The notes beneath the pieces are model-generated. The model saw nothing but the letters and a program-made list of their open reading frames with translations, made no database searches and was not told where the DNA came from. This document shows, one piece after another, positions 11,777 through 23,615 of a DNA stretch of 41,071 bases. How positions within the stretch are numbered: position 1 is the first letter of the stretch; every line of letters begins with the position of its first letter. Origin of the DNA: Octopus bimaculoides (lineage: Eukaryota); assembly GCF_001194135.2 (NCBI RefSeq), contig NC_068989.1, positions 22,615,958 to 22,657,028 on the forward strand, given 5' to 3'. The position numbers were made by a program, and so were the translations under genes.

Positions 11777-12477
11777 AAACGATTCAGGTGAATAAGGCAC
11801 TTAAATGGTAAGGCACCAGGTTGAGTCAAAATGAAAATACATACACAGCAATTATAAACGAACACAAACGTTGATGCCGAAGTACAGGTAAAATGATATT
11901 CAGGTTATGTATACAATTAATTGAACTCAACTGAGTATATTATCAGCCCTTGGGGGTAATCCAGAAACGCACATTGTATCGAATATACTGTCCATAATAT
12001 ACTTCAGAACACGCGAAGAGCAGGTTCCGTAAGAAGCGGATCAGGAATAAATAAATAACAGCTGTTTCCAACGAATTTTTTAATTGGTTAATGCGTACAT
12101 TATATCATTATAAAAAAATTTTAAAAAAACGTTTTCTTCTGATGAATACATGCACCACAGTATTAGGAACTTTTAAAAACATTTAGAATCCACGGAATAT
12201 GAATATTTTGTGATTTCACGGTCTTTGCTGGTTTTATACTAGTTTTATTCTATTTCTTTACTTATATGAAAATAAAAATATAAAGATACGCATTCACATA
12301 AATGTTTTTGCATTATAGTTTTACCTAAAATATATTACTGTTTGTATTCACAAGATAAGTTTGACATACATAGTACAAAAAATGATAAATAGGAAAAAAA
12401 GAATCATGTTACTTGTACGTATGTATGTATGTATGTATGTATGTATATATATATATATATATATACTCTACAGTTTG

Positions 12478-12960
12478 GTGGGTTGATTTTTCTGACCTTA
12501 AGTCCTTCGTTTGTGTATGTAGCTTTGCTTTGGTCAGTATCCTTATTTTAGTGATTTTGTTTGCCTTTTACTTTTCATAATAGGATGTTTTTCCTTGACG
12601 TTTTTCCAACTTTTAGTCCTCTAATAATATTGCTAGGTTTACATTGATGCTGGTGAAATTTTCGGTATTCCATGAGTTAAAAAGTTATATATATGAAATA
12701 GCATATTTTTTTTTGATCTTGTTGTTCGATGTCCTTGAACGTCGGTCCTCTAATTATCAAAATTCAAATTCAAGTTTTTATGGGATATATTCTTATGATA
12801 AGTACTTTTTTCCTTTCGTCTGATCTTCAGTCTCTTTATCAGGGTTTGATACAATTGTGCACATCCGTTCGCATCGTGTGTGCTTTGGGGTGACATGCTG
12901 TAAAAAGCAGGTATTGTCGTGAGTCGGTGGGTTTAAAATATATGTCTGTTTCTGGTATTG
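12478..12960 (-). pseudogene. Penelope-like element RT C-terminus and linker fragment
   Basis: ETDIYFKPTDSRQYLLFTACHPK, RMCTIVSNPD and IMKSKRQTKSLK/ILTKAKL, with frameshifts; typical PLE thumb and linker motifs. Confidence 0.85.
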
Positions 12961-13119
12961 TGTTACATCTTGGATAAAGTTAGTCTGTCTCGAGTCTGCA
13001 AGCTCATTTGGCCAGAGCTTATCATGCTTTCTGCAACACATAACCGAATAAGCTTACACGATTACTCCGATGATGGGAAGCCAGTTCACAGTAAGGTTAA
13101 TTTCCACATGCTGCTACTG

Positions 13120-13240
13120 GCACTCATTTCCATTGTATTGACTGGAAAAACGTGAAATATAGCGCCTTGCTAAAGAACACAGCACGCCACCTGGCCTGGG
13201 AATTTATACCTGACCCCTAACCACTGGGCTACGTGGCTTC
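13120..13240 (-). mobile_element. Degenerate tRNA-SINE head (fourth family)
   Basis: Reverse complement GAAGCCACGTAGCCCAGTGGTTAGGGG..AATTCCCAGGCCAGG..CTGTGTTCTTTAGCAAGG. Confidence 0.5.
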
Positions 13241-13374
13241 GCACAAAAACATACTCTCTCCACTTCTTTCTTTCTTTCCTTCCTTGTTTGTTTCTTTCTT
13301 CCTTTCTCTTTTTCCCGTCACTCTCTGTTTCCCCATAGGTAATTATATTTACAATTCTATTTTTAAATCACCAT

Positions 13375-13760
13375 GACCACTCGTCACTAGCTTCAGAATT
13401 ATTGCATATGCTAGCTAGGTTTTTTCGACTTTCTTCACCACGGATGTTGTTACCACAAGATCGTTGAGAGATAAACTACTTTACCTCCTTAAGATTTGTG
13501 TCTTTTGTGACGCTCAGATGCTTCCTTATACTAAGAGACGACGATTTAAAATTTACATCTACATTAAATCTCATAGGAAATGCAGTGAGTTTGTCCTTAG
13601 CCTTTTGTATGGCTGAAACCACTTGCTTTTTACCATCATACTCGCCACAAACCTTCGTCACCCAAGAAATAGTCTGTAGCTTCTTTATAAGTTGCAGTTT
13701 CTGGTTCACGTATAGGAACGTGTGCTTTTCCGTTCGATTATTACTTTTCCTTCAAGCTAT
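13375..13760 (-). pseudogene. Tigger/pogo (CENP-B-type HTH) transposase N-terminal fragment
   Basis: NQKLQLIKKL..CGEYDGKKQVVSAIQKAKDKL..RKHL and a downstream GNNIRGEE..EASDEW resembling the F.ASxGW motif. Confidence 0.65.
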
Positions 13761-14459
13761 GACATAAAATACATGAGTGAAGGATGCCTTACCACTGAAA
13801 TATCAAGGAAAACTACAGAGCAATACAACTAATATTGTGTTGTGTATGGTGGTTAGTGTCATAGTATATACTGTGACACTGAAATTGCTGAAATTGTTAA
13901 TCTGCTGAAATTGTTAATCTGGCATAAGTATAACTAAAAATTAAACTTAAAAATTGTTGTCTTTTCAACGTGATTTTTATCTTTGCTAAAGTAACTTTAT
14001 TAGATATGACAACAAATTACTGCAACATTGTATCATTAAACAACACGAACAGAATTATAATAAAGAAAGTCAGCACCTTCAGTTAATAAATTATCAACGA
14101 GTGTCTATCTCCAATCCAATGTTGAACATTTTTCTGTGAACGAGGTGAGAACAAGATGCATTCACATCTATTTAAAGTTCCGCACCGAAAGATTTAAAAC
14201 TGTTGCTTACCTGTTTTAAATATTTCATAGGTTTTCTAATATACCCTAAGCTGTGTGTTCACGCATACACATACTCACACACACAAGCATAAACATTTAT
14301 ATACATACACACACAGTATACATACATACATACATACATACATACATACATACATACATACATACATACGCGCGCGCACACACAGTTCATTAGGAAAAAG
14401 AACTGAAAACGTAAAGCAGAATACTTATTACTGCTAATTTTCTTAAGTACGAAATAGCC

Positions 14460-14850
14460 CGGCTATGGAAAATGAAGAAGGTGAAGATAGTACCAATTAT
14501 TGTTGGGTCCTTGGAAACAGTATCATAAGGCATCAAGGGGAATATAAAAGAAATTGGAACAGAGTGCCCAGTAGAACTGTTACAGAAGGTTTGCCTCTTT
14601 AGCTAGCACGGCCAGAATAATCAGGTATTAGATAGCTGAAAGTATTAGATAGCTGAAAAGAACGAATACCATGGTACCGTAGGCTGCAGATAGTAAGCCC
14701 GATGCGCATGCACGATTCCAGGAGCTCCAGCAAAGACTGTGAAAAAGAGAAAATAATAATAATGATAATAATAATAATAATAATAACAACAACAACAACA
14801 ATAATAATAATGATAATAATAATAGCAATAATTACAACAACAACTGTGAT
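14460..14850 (+). mobile_element. R4/Dong-like LINE 3' end with (AAT)n tail
   Basis: LWKMKKVKIVPIIVGSLETVS..ELLQKVCL, then 3' UTR, then (AAT/AAC)n at 14753-14845. Confidence 0.7.
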
Positions 14851-14961
14851 TAACACTACGATTTTTACACCATTGTGACTCCGAGTGTCACGCTACTGCT
14901 TTTCGATACGACTGGATGTTTTATAACTTACTGAGATATATAGGAGTTATATTTGTGTGTG

Positions 14962-15034
<73 letters not shown>

Positions 15035-15597
15035 ATTTTGTCAAATGCGACTTAATACCGTAATTTCCATAATTTAAAATATTATAATATAGAAATTTAA
15101 GATTTAAAATAGTTGACGTTAGGTGAGGTATTTAGATATTGAGCTATAAATAAAATGTGGTAGAGAAGGAAACTGCGTGACGAGGGAGACTACATGGAAG
15201 AAGATGAAGACAATGAGGAAATTCAGAAACAAACATATTTTAGTAAAGAAATGCAAAATTGGGACAAGAAAAGAGATAGGATAGAAAAAATAGAGGAAGG
15301 AAAATAAACTATGATAGCACTATAGAGAAAGCGTATATTTATGATATATATATATATACGTGTACTAGGAGAGAGAACAAGATGCATTCACATTTGTTTA
15401 AAGTGCCACAATGAAAGTTTTAAAACTGTACCTTACTAATCTTAAATGCATCTTAAGTTTTCTAATATAATCTAAGTTGTATGGTTACACACACACACAC
15501 ACACGCACACACACTCACTTTATATCTCTCTCTCACACACTCTTTTTCTCTCTCCCCCTCTCTCTCTTACATAAACACACGCACACATATATATATA

Positions 15598-16052
15598 CAA
15601 GGGTGGACAAAATAATGGAAACACTTTAAAATTTCAAACAAATTTATTTTAATATGGGGTAGGTCCACCTTTGGCAGTAATTACAGCTTGAATTCTATGA
15701 GGTATGGACTCGTACAAAGTTTGAATTGCATCCAAAGGAATTTTTGTCCATTCTTCAGCTAAAACAGTCTCCAGTTCTTGTAGTGATGATGGTGGAGGAT
15801 ATCGACGCCTTATTTGTTTTTCTAAAATGCATCATAAATGTTCAATAATATTGAGATCTGGGGACTGTGGTGGCCAGATAAGTTGTTCAGCTCCACTAGA
15901 ATGTTTCTTGTGCCATTCAGTAACAAATTTAGCTGTGTGAATTGGTGCATTATCATTCTGAAAGATTGTGTTTCCCTCTGAAACAGTTCCGCAACCATAG
16001 GATGAATTTAATCAGAAAAAATGCTTAGATAGTCTTTACTATTAATTCTGCC
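15598..16052 (-). mobile_element. Tc1-family transposon 3' half (DD36E spacing), TIR CAAGGGTGGACAAAATAATGGAAACAC after TA
   Basis: FQNDNAPIHTAKFVTEWHKKHSSGAEQLIWPPQSPDLNIIEHL* then ..RIQAVITAKGGPTPY* (stop 15649-15651). Premature stop and one frameshift; 5' part is in the gap. Confidence 0.95.
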
Positions 16053-16956
16053 NNNNNNNNNNNNNNNNNNNNNNNNNNNNNNNNNNNNNNNNNNNNNNNN
16101 NNNNNNNNNNNNNNNNNNNNNNNNNNNNNNNNNNNNNNNNNNNNNNNNNNNNNNNNNNNNNNNNNNNNNNNNNNNNNNNNNNNNNNNNNNNNNNNNNNNN
16201 NNNNNNNNNNNNNNNNNNNNNNNNNNNNNNNNNNNNNNNNNNNNNNNNNNNNNNNNNNNNNNNNNNNNNNNNNNNNNNNNNNNNNNNNNNNNNNNNNNNN
16301 NNNNNNNNNNNNNNNNNNNNNNNNNNNNNNNNNNNNNNNNNNNNNNNNNNNNNNNNNNNNNNNNNNNNNNNNNNNNNNNNNNNNNNNNNNNNNNNNNNNN
16401 NNNNNNNNNNNNNNNNNNNNNNNNNNNNNNNNNNNNNNNNNNNNNNNNNNNNNNNNNNNNNNNNNNNNNNNNNNNNNNNNNNNNNNNNNNNNNNNNNNNN
16501 NNNNNNNNNNNNNNNNNNNNNNNNNNNNNNNNNNNNNNNNNNNNNNNNNNNNNNNNNNNNNNNNNNNNNNNNNNNNNNNNNNNNNNNNNNNNNNNNNNNN
16601 NNNNNNNNNNNNNNNNNNNNNNNNNNNNNNNNNNNNNNNNNNNNNNNNNNNNNNNNNNNNNNNNNNNNNNNNNNNNNNNNNNNNNNNNNNNNNNNNNNNN
16701 NNNNNNNNNNNNNNNNNNNNNNNNNNNNNNNNNNNNNNNNNNNNNNNNNNNNNNNNNNNNNNNNNNNNNNNNNNNNNNNNNNNNNNNNNNNNNNNNNNNN
16801 NNNNNNNNNNNNNNNNNNNNNNNNNNNNNNNNNNNNNNNNNNNNNNNNNNNNNNNNNNNNNNNNNNNNNNNNNNNNNNNNNNNNNNNNNNNNNNNNNNNN
16901 NNNNNNNNNNNNNNNNNNNNNNNNNNNNNNNNNNNNNNNNNNNNNNNNNNNNNNNN
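16053..16956. other. Assembly gap
   Basis: N-run. Confidence 1.
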
Positions 16957-17179
16957 TATATATATATATATATATATACGTGCAAACGCATGGTAAATTA
17001 TAAGATATAAGATTACGTAAGCAAGTGTCTGAATGGAGAAAAAAATGAGCAATGGAAAAATACTGAATGTATTTTACTAGTTTGCGAAATGTTTGAAATA
17101 TAGGAAAGGAAGAAAGACAAAGAACAACATAGTAATATGAAGAAAAAAGAAAGTAAAAGTAAACAAGCAGAGAAAAGAA

Positions 17180-17227
<48 letters not shown>

Positions 17228-17239
17228 TCTCTTTCTCTT

Positions 17240-17273
<34 letters not shown>

Positions 17274-17433
17274 CACAAATGCGTATGCATTTGTTCATAC
17301 ATGTATATAAGTATGTATACATATATATGTACATTATATGTACATATATATGTATACATGCATATATGCATATATATATATATGTATACATGCATATATG
17401 CATATATATATATATGTGCGTGTATATGTATAT

Positions 17434-18209
17434 TATAAACCTGGAAAATTACAGGACATTTTATTACACTTGGAAAAGTTCAGGACAAGTTATTACATCT
17501 GGTGAAGTACTGAACAAAAATTTTTTACTTAAAATATTGCAGCTGAGGATAAAATTTCAAATAAAATATTTAGATTTAGAAAATATTAGCTTTTATCAAA
17601 ACTAAACATTTTATTACAAGTTATTACTTATTTTTGTTATTACTTCTATTAAATATTAGAAATAACCCAATGCAACTATTTTTTGCTTTTGAAAAAATTC
17701 GGTTTTTTAATTATTAATTAATAATTAGAAATTTGAAAATAGGTTCTAAAAAATAATAGTAATACATAATTAGTTAGTACAATAAATAGAATGATACAAA
17801 CATTAGTTATATATTACAGTAAGATCTACATATAACAACAAATTCACAGTAAAGTTATTGCCAAGTCTTCACATTTTTAGTCTTGACCCAATGCCTATTT
17901 TTTACATAATGAATTTGCCTACCATATATACTATTCTACTTTGCATAAACCTTTAGCTATATTGGTACTTCTGGCTCTCATTTTTTAAGCAATCTAGTGT
18001 GTCAATATTTTAACAAAATGATGATACCTTTTTTTTTATTATAATGTTACATTGTAAATTAAAATGAAATAATTTTTAATAGTCAAATTTTATCCTTAGC
18101 TGCAATATTTTAAGTAGAAATTCTCTTGTTCTGCACTTTACCACAGGTAATAAATTGTCCTGAATTTTTCCAAGTGTAATAATTTGTCCTGTAATTTTCC
18201 AGGTTTATA
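17434..18209. mobile_element. MITE or non-autonomous DNA transposon with about 140-bp TIRs
   Basis: TAAACCTGGAAAATTACAGGAC..GCAGCTGAGGATAAAATTT (17436-17575) is the reverse complement of AAATTTTATCCTTAGCTGC..GTCCTGTAATTTTCCAGGTTTA (18067-18207). TA on both sides; AT-rich non-coding interior. Confidence 0.8.
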
Positions 18210-19029
18210 ATCTTAAGAATATTATTTCTCTTGCTCGCATTTTTCCATGATTTTTCCAGGCAATACTATTATACTAATTAATAATGTGTCAAATGTGTCA
18301 ATTAGTGGTGTCGTTGATATTTTTTCCTTACCTCAATGACGTCAGTGACATATATCAAAAGTCCTCTTTTCGAACTATATCCATAAAAAAGTATAGAACT
18401 ATATTATCACCCTCAAATTTGAGAAACAAACACTCATAACTTTTTTCTTTTAATACCATGAAATTCGTCGAATTCCACTCTATTATTTAAGCTTAATTAA
18501 AATATAGTTTGTTTTCAAAATAAAAAAAAAAGCTAATTATACTTAAATCCATTTTTTTTGCCTAACTTTTATATATATTTTTTATAATATTTTTTATATT
18601 TATATTATATATATTTTTATGATATTTTACCTCACAAATTTTTTGGTACACATTTTTGTTGCATGGGAACAAAACTATGAAATTCTTCATGCTTTCTTCT
18701 CTCATTGAAGCTAAGACAAATATATTTTACTTATAAAAAAAAAAGTTATTTAGATCTAAACTTGATTGGTGGTGTTACTTACTCTCCTATAACGTTGCTA
18801 GAAATTTTGATGTAAGCTTTTTTCTACTGGATCAAATCTCAATTATTTTATGGCAAAATGTAGCTAGGGACCAGTCCTCTTCACAAATGTTAACAGTTTT
18901 CAATTTGGTTAAGAAATTAATTAGCGAAAGCTCTGAAAGATGCTGCATGTGAATAAATTGCGGTCTTAAGAATATTATTCAACTACTCCCGTAGTTGAAA
19001 TGAAATATATATATATATATATATTATAT

Positions 19030-19032
<3 letters not shown>

Positions 19033-19094
<62 letters not shown>
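19033..19094. repeat. (GA)n microsatellite
   Basis: Direct inspection. Confidence 0.95.
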
Positions 19095-19097
<3 letters not shown>

Positions 19098-19307
19098 GAG
19101 CGAAAGAGAGAGAGAGAGAGAATAAGGAAAACAGCTGATTGTGTTTAAATAGATAATTGAATGGAATAACGCAAAAAAAAAAGGCGCTCAAAATTAGATT
19201 AAAAAATTGGAACTATTTCCAGTTATAAGGAAAATGTATCCACATTCTTGCAAAGAGAAGTCTTTCCTGGGCTCTTTCCGAAAGTAATTGTACCTCACAG
19301 AATTCAG

Positions 19308-19693
19308 CGTTTATAGAGAAGATGGCCGGTCGGTTTCCCACTATATGAACGATCATTAGCTTGTTATGCTTAGGAAGAACCTCATTAAAGCATTTTACAT
19401 CAGAATAATAATAATTACTAACATCAATGTTAGTTCTTTACATACTACGTTACACTTAAACACAATTAAACAAATGAAAAACTACTGTATATCAATAAGT
19501 TCTTCAGTCCCCTTCTCAAAATCTTGAACATTTAAATAAATAACATTAACTGTCATGCGACGAAACTTTTAACCGTGTATACCTCTAATATAACAATGCC
19601 TGATGTAAAATGCAGAGGTCCTACCTAAGTATAACAAGCTAATAATGATCGTTCATATAGTTGGAAACCGACTGGCCATCTTCTCTATAAACG
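19308..19693. repeat. About 95-bp imperfect inverted repeat, 196-bp spacer
   Basis: CGTTTATAGAGAAGATGGCC..GCATTTTACATCAG (19308-19403) versus CTGATGTAAAATGC..GGCCATCTTCTCTATAAACG (19600-19693). Confidence 0.9.
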
Positions 19694-19779
19694 GTTTCCT
19701 GGTCGTAATACAGCATATGCCACCTCCTAACATCTCGTAGAGCGATAAAACTTGTGAAAGTATAACATAACTTGATTTA

Positions 19780-20070
19780 ATTCTTGTTACACGTCGGATG
19801 TGATGTCCAAAATCACCAAAACATTTTTGAACCTAGTTCAGAGATACTTATCAATTGATTGCGTCTATAACAAAATCTTTAACCAGAACCCCATGAAAGT
19901 TAGCTACAGCTGTACTAACAACATAAAAAGATGAATTTGCAATGCCAGCCTTCTGTGATTTAACCAACTTCAAATGCAAATGTACTGAATTCACTTCATG
20001 CCCACAAAAATAAAAATCCCTCCACAAAGACATGGTGTTTTGTGCTAAAATAAACATTGCAGATCACAGC
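19780..20070 (+). pseudogene. Penelope-like element linker/GIY-YIG-proximal fragment
   Basis: TFLNLVQRY..KIFNQNPMKVSYSCTNNIKR..KCKC..SCP..DMVFCAKI matches the PLE KIFNRNxxKVSYSC / CxC..CP signature. Confidence 0.75.
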
Positions 20071-20615
20071 TAATGAATTATGTAAGCGTGACAGAACATA
20101 AGCTTATACAATATGTACCTTTAAGAGATGGTACACAAAACTTTTTTTTTTAGACAACCAGAGGAAATAAGCACGATATCTCTTTCACAACACAGTCCGA
20201 AAACTGAAAAATGAAATTATAACAAAAATTTTTAGATACTCTCATCAGTGGTAATATTTTTTTAAAGTATATTCTGAAAATTCTGGATCATGCTACTTAT
20301 GTACCTATAAACATTCATGCTACAGTTGTCTCCTCTTAACTTAGGTTTGAACTAATTTGGTACTGCCGTCACCAAAACAAGCTTATTCTGCCAAACATTA
20401 ATGTATCTGAAAGTATTGCTCTATTTTTGTTTTTGAGACATTTTAGATAAAATGTGCATATACTTAGTTACATTTATGCACGCACACACACACACATGTA
20501 TATGTATATATATGTATGTATGTACATGTATATATATACATATATGATAAATGTATGTGCGTAGGACGTCTTTATATATAATATATATAATTATAAAGTG
20601 ATATATATATATATA

Positions 20616-20960
20616 TTTACTCTTTTACTCTTTTACTTGTTTCAGTCATTTGACTGCGGCCATGCTGGAGCACCGCCTTTAGTCGAGCAAATCGACCCCA
20701 GGACTTATTCCTTGGAAGCCTAGTACTTATTCTATCGGTCTATTTTGCCGAACCGCTAAGTTACGGGGACGTAAACACAGCAGCATCGGTTGTCAAGCGA
20801 TGTTGGGGGGACAAACACAGACACACAAACATACACACACATACATATATACACATATATACATATATACGACGGGCTTCTTTCAGTTTCCGTCTACCAA
20901 ATCCACTCACAAGGCTTTGGTCGGCCCGAGGCTATAGTAGAAGACACTTGCCCAAGGTGC
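20616..20960 (-). mobile_element. SINE family A, near full-length (head in gap)
   Basis: Includes GCACCTTGGGCAAGTGTCTTCTACTATAGCCTCGGGCCGACC central domain, internal (CA/TA)n and (AAAAGAGT)n tail. Confidence 0.95.
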
Positions 20961-21683
20961 NNNNNNNNNNNNNNNNNNNNNNNNNNNNNNNNNNNNNNNN
21001 NNNNNNNNNNNNNNNNNNNNNNNNNNNNNNNNNNNNNNNNNNNNNNNNNNNNNNNNNNNNNNNNNNNNNNNNNNNNNNNNNNNNNNNNNNNNNNNNNNNN
21101 NNNNNNNNNNNNNNNNNNNNNNNNNNNNNNNNNNNNNNNNNNNNNNNNNNNNNNNNNNNNNNNNNNNNNNNNNNNNNNNNNNNNNNNNNNNNNNNNNNNN
21201 NNNNNNNNNNNNNNNNNNNNNNNNNNNNNNNNNNNNNNNNNNNNNNNNNNNNNNNNNNNNNNNNNNNNNNNNNNNNNNNNNNNNNNNNNNNNNNNNNNNN
21301 NNNNNNNNNNNNNNNNNNNNNNNNNNNNNNNNNNNNNNNNNNNNNNNNNNNNNNNNNNNNNNNNNNNNNNNNNNNNNNNNNNNNNNNNNNNNNNNNNNNN
21401 NNNNNNNNNNNNNNNNNNNNNNNNNNNNNNNNNNNNNNNNNNNNNNNNNNNNNNNNNNNNNNNNNNNNNNNNNNNNNNNNNNNNNNNNNNNNNNNNNNNN
21501 NNNNNNNNNNNNNNNNNNNNNNNNNNNNNNNNNNNNNNNNNNNNNNNNNNNNNNNNNNNNNNNNNNNNNNNNNNNNNNNNNNNNNNNNNNNNNNNNNNNN
21601 NNNNNNNNNNNNNNNNNNNNNNNNNNNNNNNNNNNNNNNNNNNNNNNNNNNNNNNNNNNNNNNNNNNNNNNNNNNNNNNNNNN
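20961..21683. other. Assembly gap
   Basis: N-run. Confidence 1.
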
Positions 21684-21689
21684 ACTACA

Positions 21690-21960
21690 CTCCACGAAAA
21701 CAATTTAATTTGTGTTCGTGGGAAGAACCATTTTAACGATGCGTACTACCTTAATTCTTCGAAACGCCGGAGTTTTAATGGTGGCAGCTGATGAAGGGGA
21801 TGTTTCTATGTGGCCTGCTTGTTTGTTGCACCTTGTTTACCATTTTGTCCTTGTTCTTTTGCCACGTCATGTACCCAGTTATGTATCTATATGTACATGT
21901 AGATGAACGTATATACAAACATGTACATATATATGCATATACTCATATATTGTTCATATA
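21690..21960 (+). repeat. Interspersed repeat family X, copy 3
   Basis: Inverted homolog of 1062-1340; ends in (TA)n/(TATG)n. Confidence 0.8.
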
Positions 21961-22521
21961 TATATATATATATATATACGTATGTATGTATGTATGTACG
22001 TATGTATGTATGTATGTATGTATATACTTAATAGAAATAGAATAAATTCAAAACTGCTGTTTACGGGGAAAGCAAGAGTAAGTAACATGATCGCGCGCGC
22101 GTGTAAGAATGAGTAAGTCAGTTTGCGTGTATGTATGACTGAGTGTGCCTGGTGAGAGAGGTAACTATTTGATTATATTTAATTAAATGAATGTTGATGT
22201 TGTTGTTGGAGATAGCTATGATGGTTCTTGTCATGCGTTTTGTTGTTGTTGTGGTAGTGGTGGTGGTGCTGCTGCTGGTGGTGCTGGTGCTGGTGGTGGT
22301 GGTAATGGTTGTTCTGTGGACGAGTGAACGGAGGTGATACTTTAGCGCAGAGTGTACTTCTTGTTTTTTTTTATTAACATTGTAAATCAGTTCAAATCAT
22401 TTACAGTTTTATTCTTGGCAGATTTTTTTCTCCGGTTATTCGCTGACCTCCATATATGCACACATACATGCGTATAAGCATATCTACGTACGTAGATACA
22501 CATCAAACATGAAGACGTATG

Positions 22522-22558
<37 letters not shown>

Positions 22559-22589
22559 TCACACACACACACATACACATACATACATA

Positions 22590-22705
22590 AATGTATAGAT
22601 GTCCACGCCCCCACACATACATTTGTATATATATATCGGAACATACATACACACACACACACGCATAAATAAATGTACAGATGTCCACGCCCCCACACAT
22701 GCAAA
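22590..22705. repeat. Local tandem duplication (GATGTCCACGCCCCCACACAT twice) within microsatellite
   Basis: 21-mer at about 22599 and 22680. Confidence 0.8.
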
Positions 22706-22801
22706 TATGTATGTGTGTATTTGTAAATATATGTATATATATGCATATATATATACACATATACACACACACATACATACATACATATATATATATATAT
22801 A

Positions 22802-23346
22802 NNNNNNNNNNNNNNNNNNNNNNNNNNNNNNNNNNNNNNNNNNNNNNNNNNNNNNNNNNNNNNNNNNNNNNNNNNNNNNNNNNNNNNNNNNNNNNNNNNN
22901 NNNNNNNNNNNNNNNNNNNNNNNNNNNNNNNNNNNNNNNNNNNNNNNNNNNNNNNNNNNNNNNNNNNNNNNNNNNNNNNNNNNNNNNNNNNNNNNNNNNN
23001 NNNNNNNNNNNNNNNNNNNNNNNNNNNNNNNNNNNNNNNNNNNNNNNNNNNNNNNNNNNNNNNNNNNNNNNNNNNNNNNNNNNNNNNNNNNNNNNNNNNN
23101 NNNNNNNNNNNNNNNNNNNNNNNNNNNNNNNNNNNNNNNNNNNNNNNNNNNNNNNNNNNNNNNNNNNNNNNNNNNNNNNNNNNNNNNNNNNNNNNNNNNN
23201 NNNNNNNNNNNNNNNNNNNNNNNNNNNNNNNNNNNNNNNNNNNNNNNNNNNNNNNNNNNNNNNNNNNNNNNNNNNNNNNNNNNNNNNNNNNNNNNNNNNN
23301 NNNNNNNNNNNNNNNNNNNNNNNNNNNNNNNNNNNNNNNNNNNNNN
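22802..23346. other. Assembly gap
   Basis: N-run. Confidence 1.
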
Positions 23347-23579
23347 TGTTGAGAGAAAATACACCCACATAACTTGATCTTTTTGTGTCTCTATTCTCTC
23401 TTCCTCTTTCAGTTTTGTCTTTTCTCTAGTTTCTCTCCTTTTCCTCTCTTATTTTCGTTCTCTCTCTTTCTTTCTCGCTCTTCCTTCCACTTTCTTTTTT
23501 TCTATCTGTCTGTCTGTCCCCCCCCCCTCTCTCTCGTGCTACATTTTCTTTTCATTGTGTGTTTTTCTATAATTGATAG

Positions 23580-23615
23580 TCCGAGAAAACAGTTCGGAGC
23601 CGAAGGCTATTTGAA
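23580..23615 (+). CDS. Candidate 36-nt microexon
   Basis: About 190-nt polypyrimidine tract, TAG acceptor at 23577-23579 and GTGAGT donor at 23616. Reads SEKTVRSRRLFE or PRKQFGAEGYL. Confidence 0.3.

Noticed and set aside
12139-12175. CTGATGA followed by an ATAC/GTAT stem
   Set aside because: No GAAA after stem II and no stem I or III, so not a hammerhead.
18211-18979. 16-bp direct repeat TCTTAAGAATATTATT at 18211 and 18964 as a possible TSD
   Set aside because: Very AT-rich word, and the enclosed DNA has no element features.
21761-21794. GAAAC upstream of CTGATGA read as a permuted (type II) hammerhead
   Set aside because: The required U-H cleavage site is absent (GGTG-GC) and no stem I forms.
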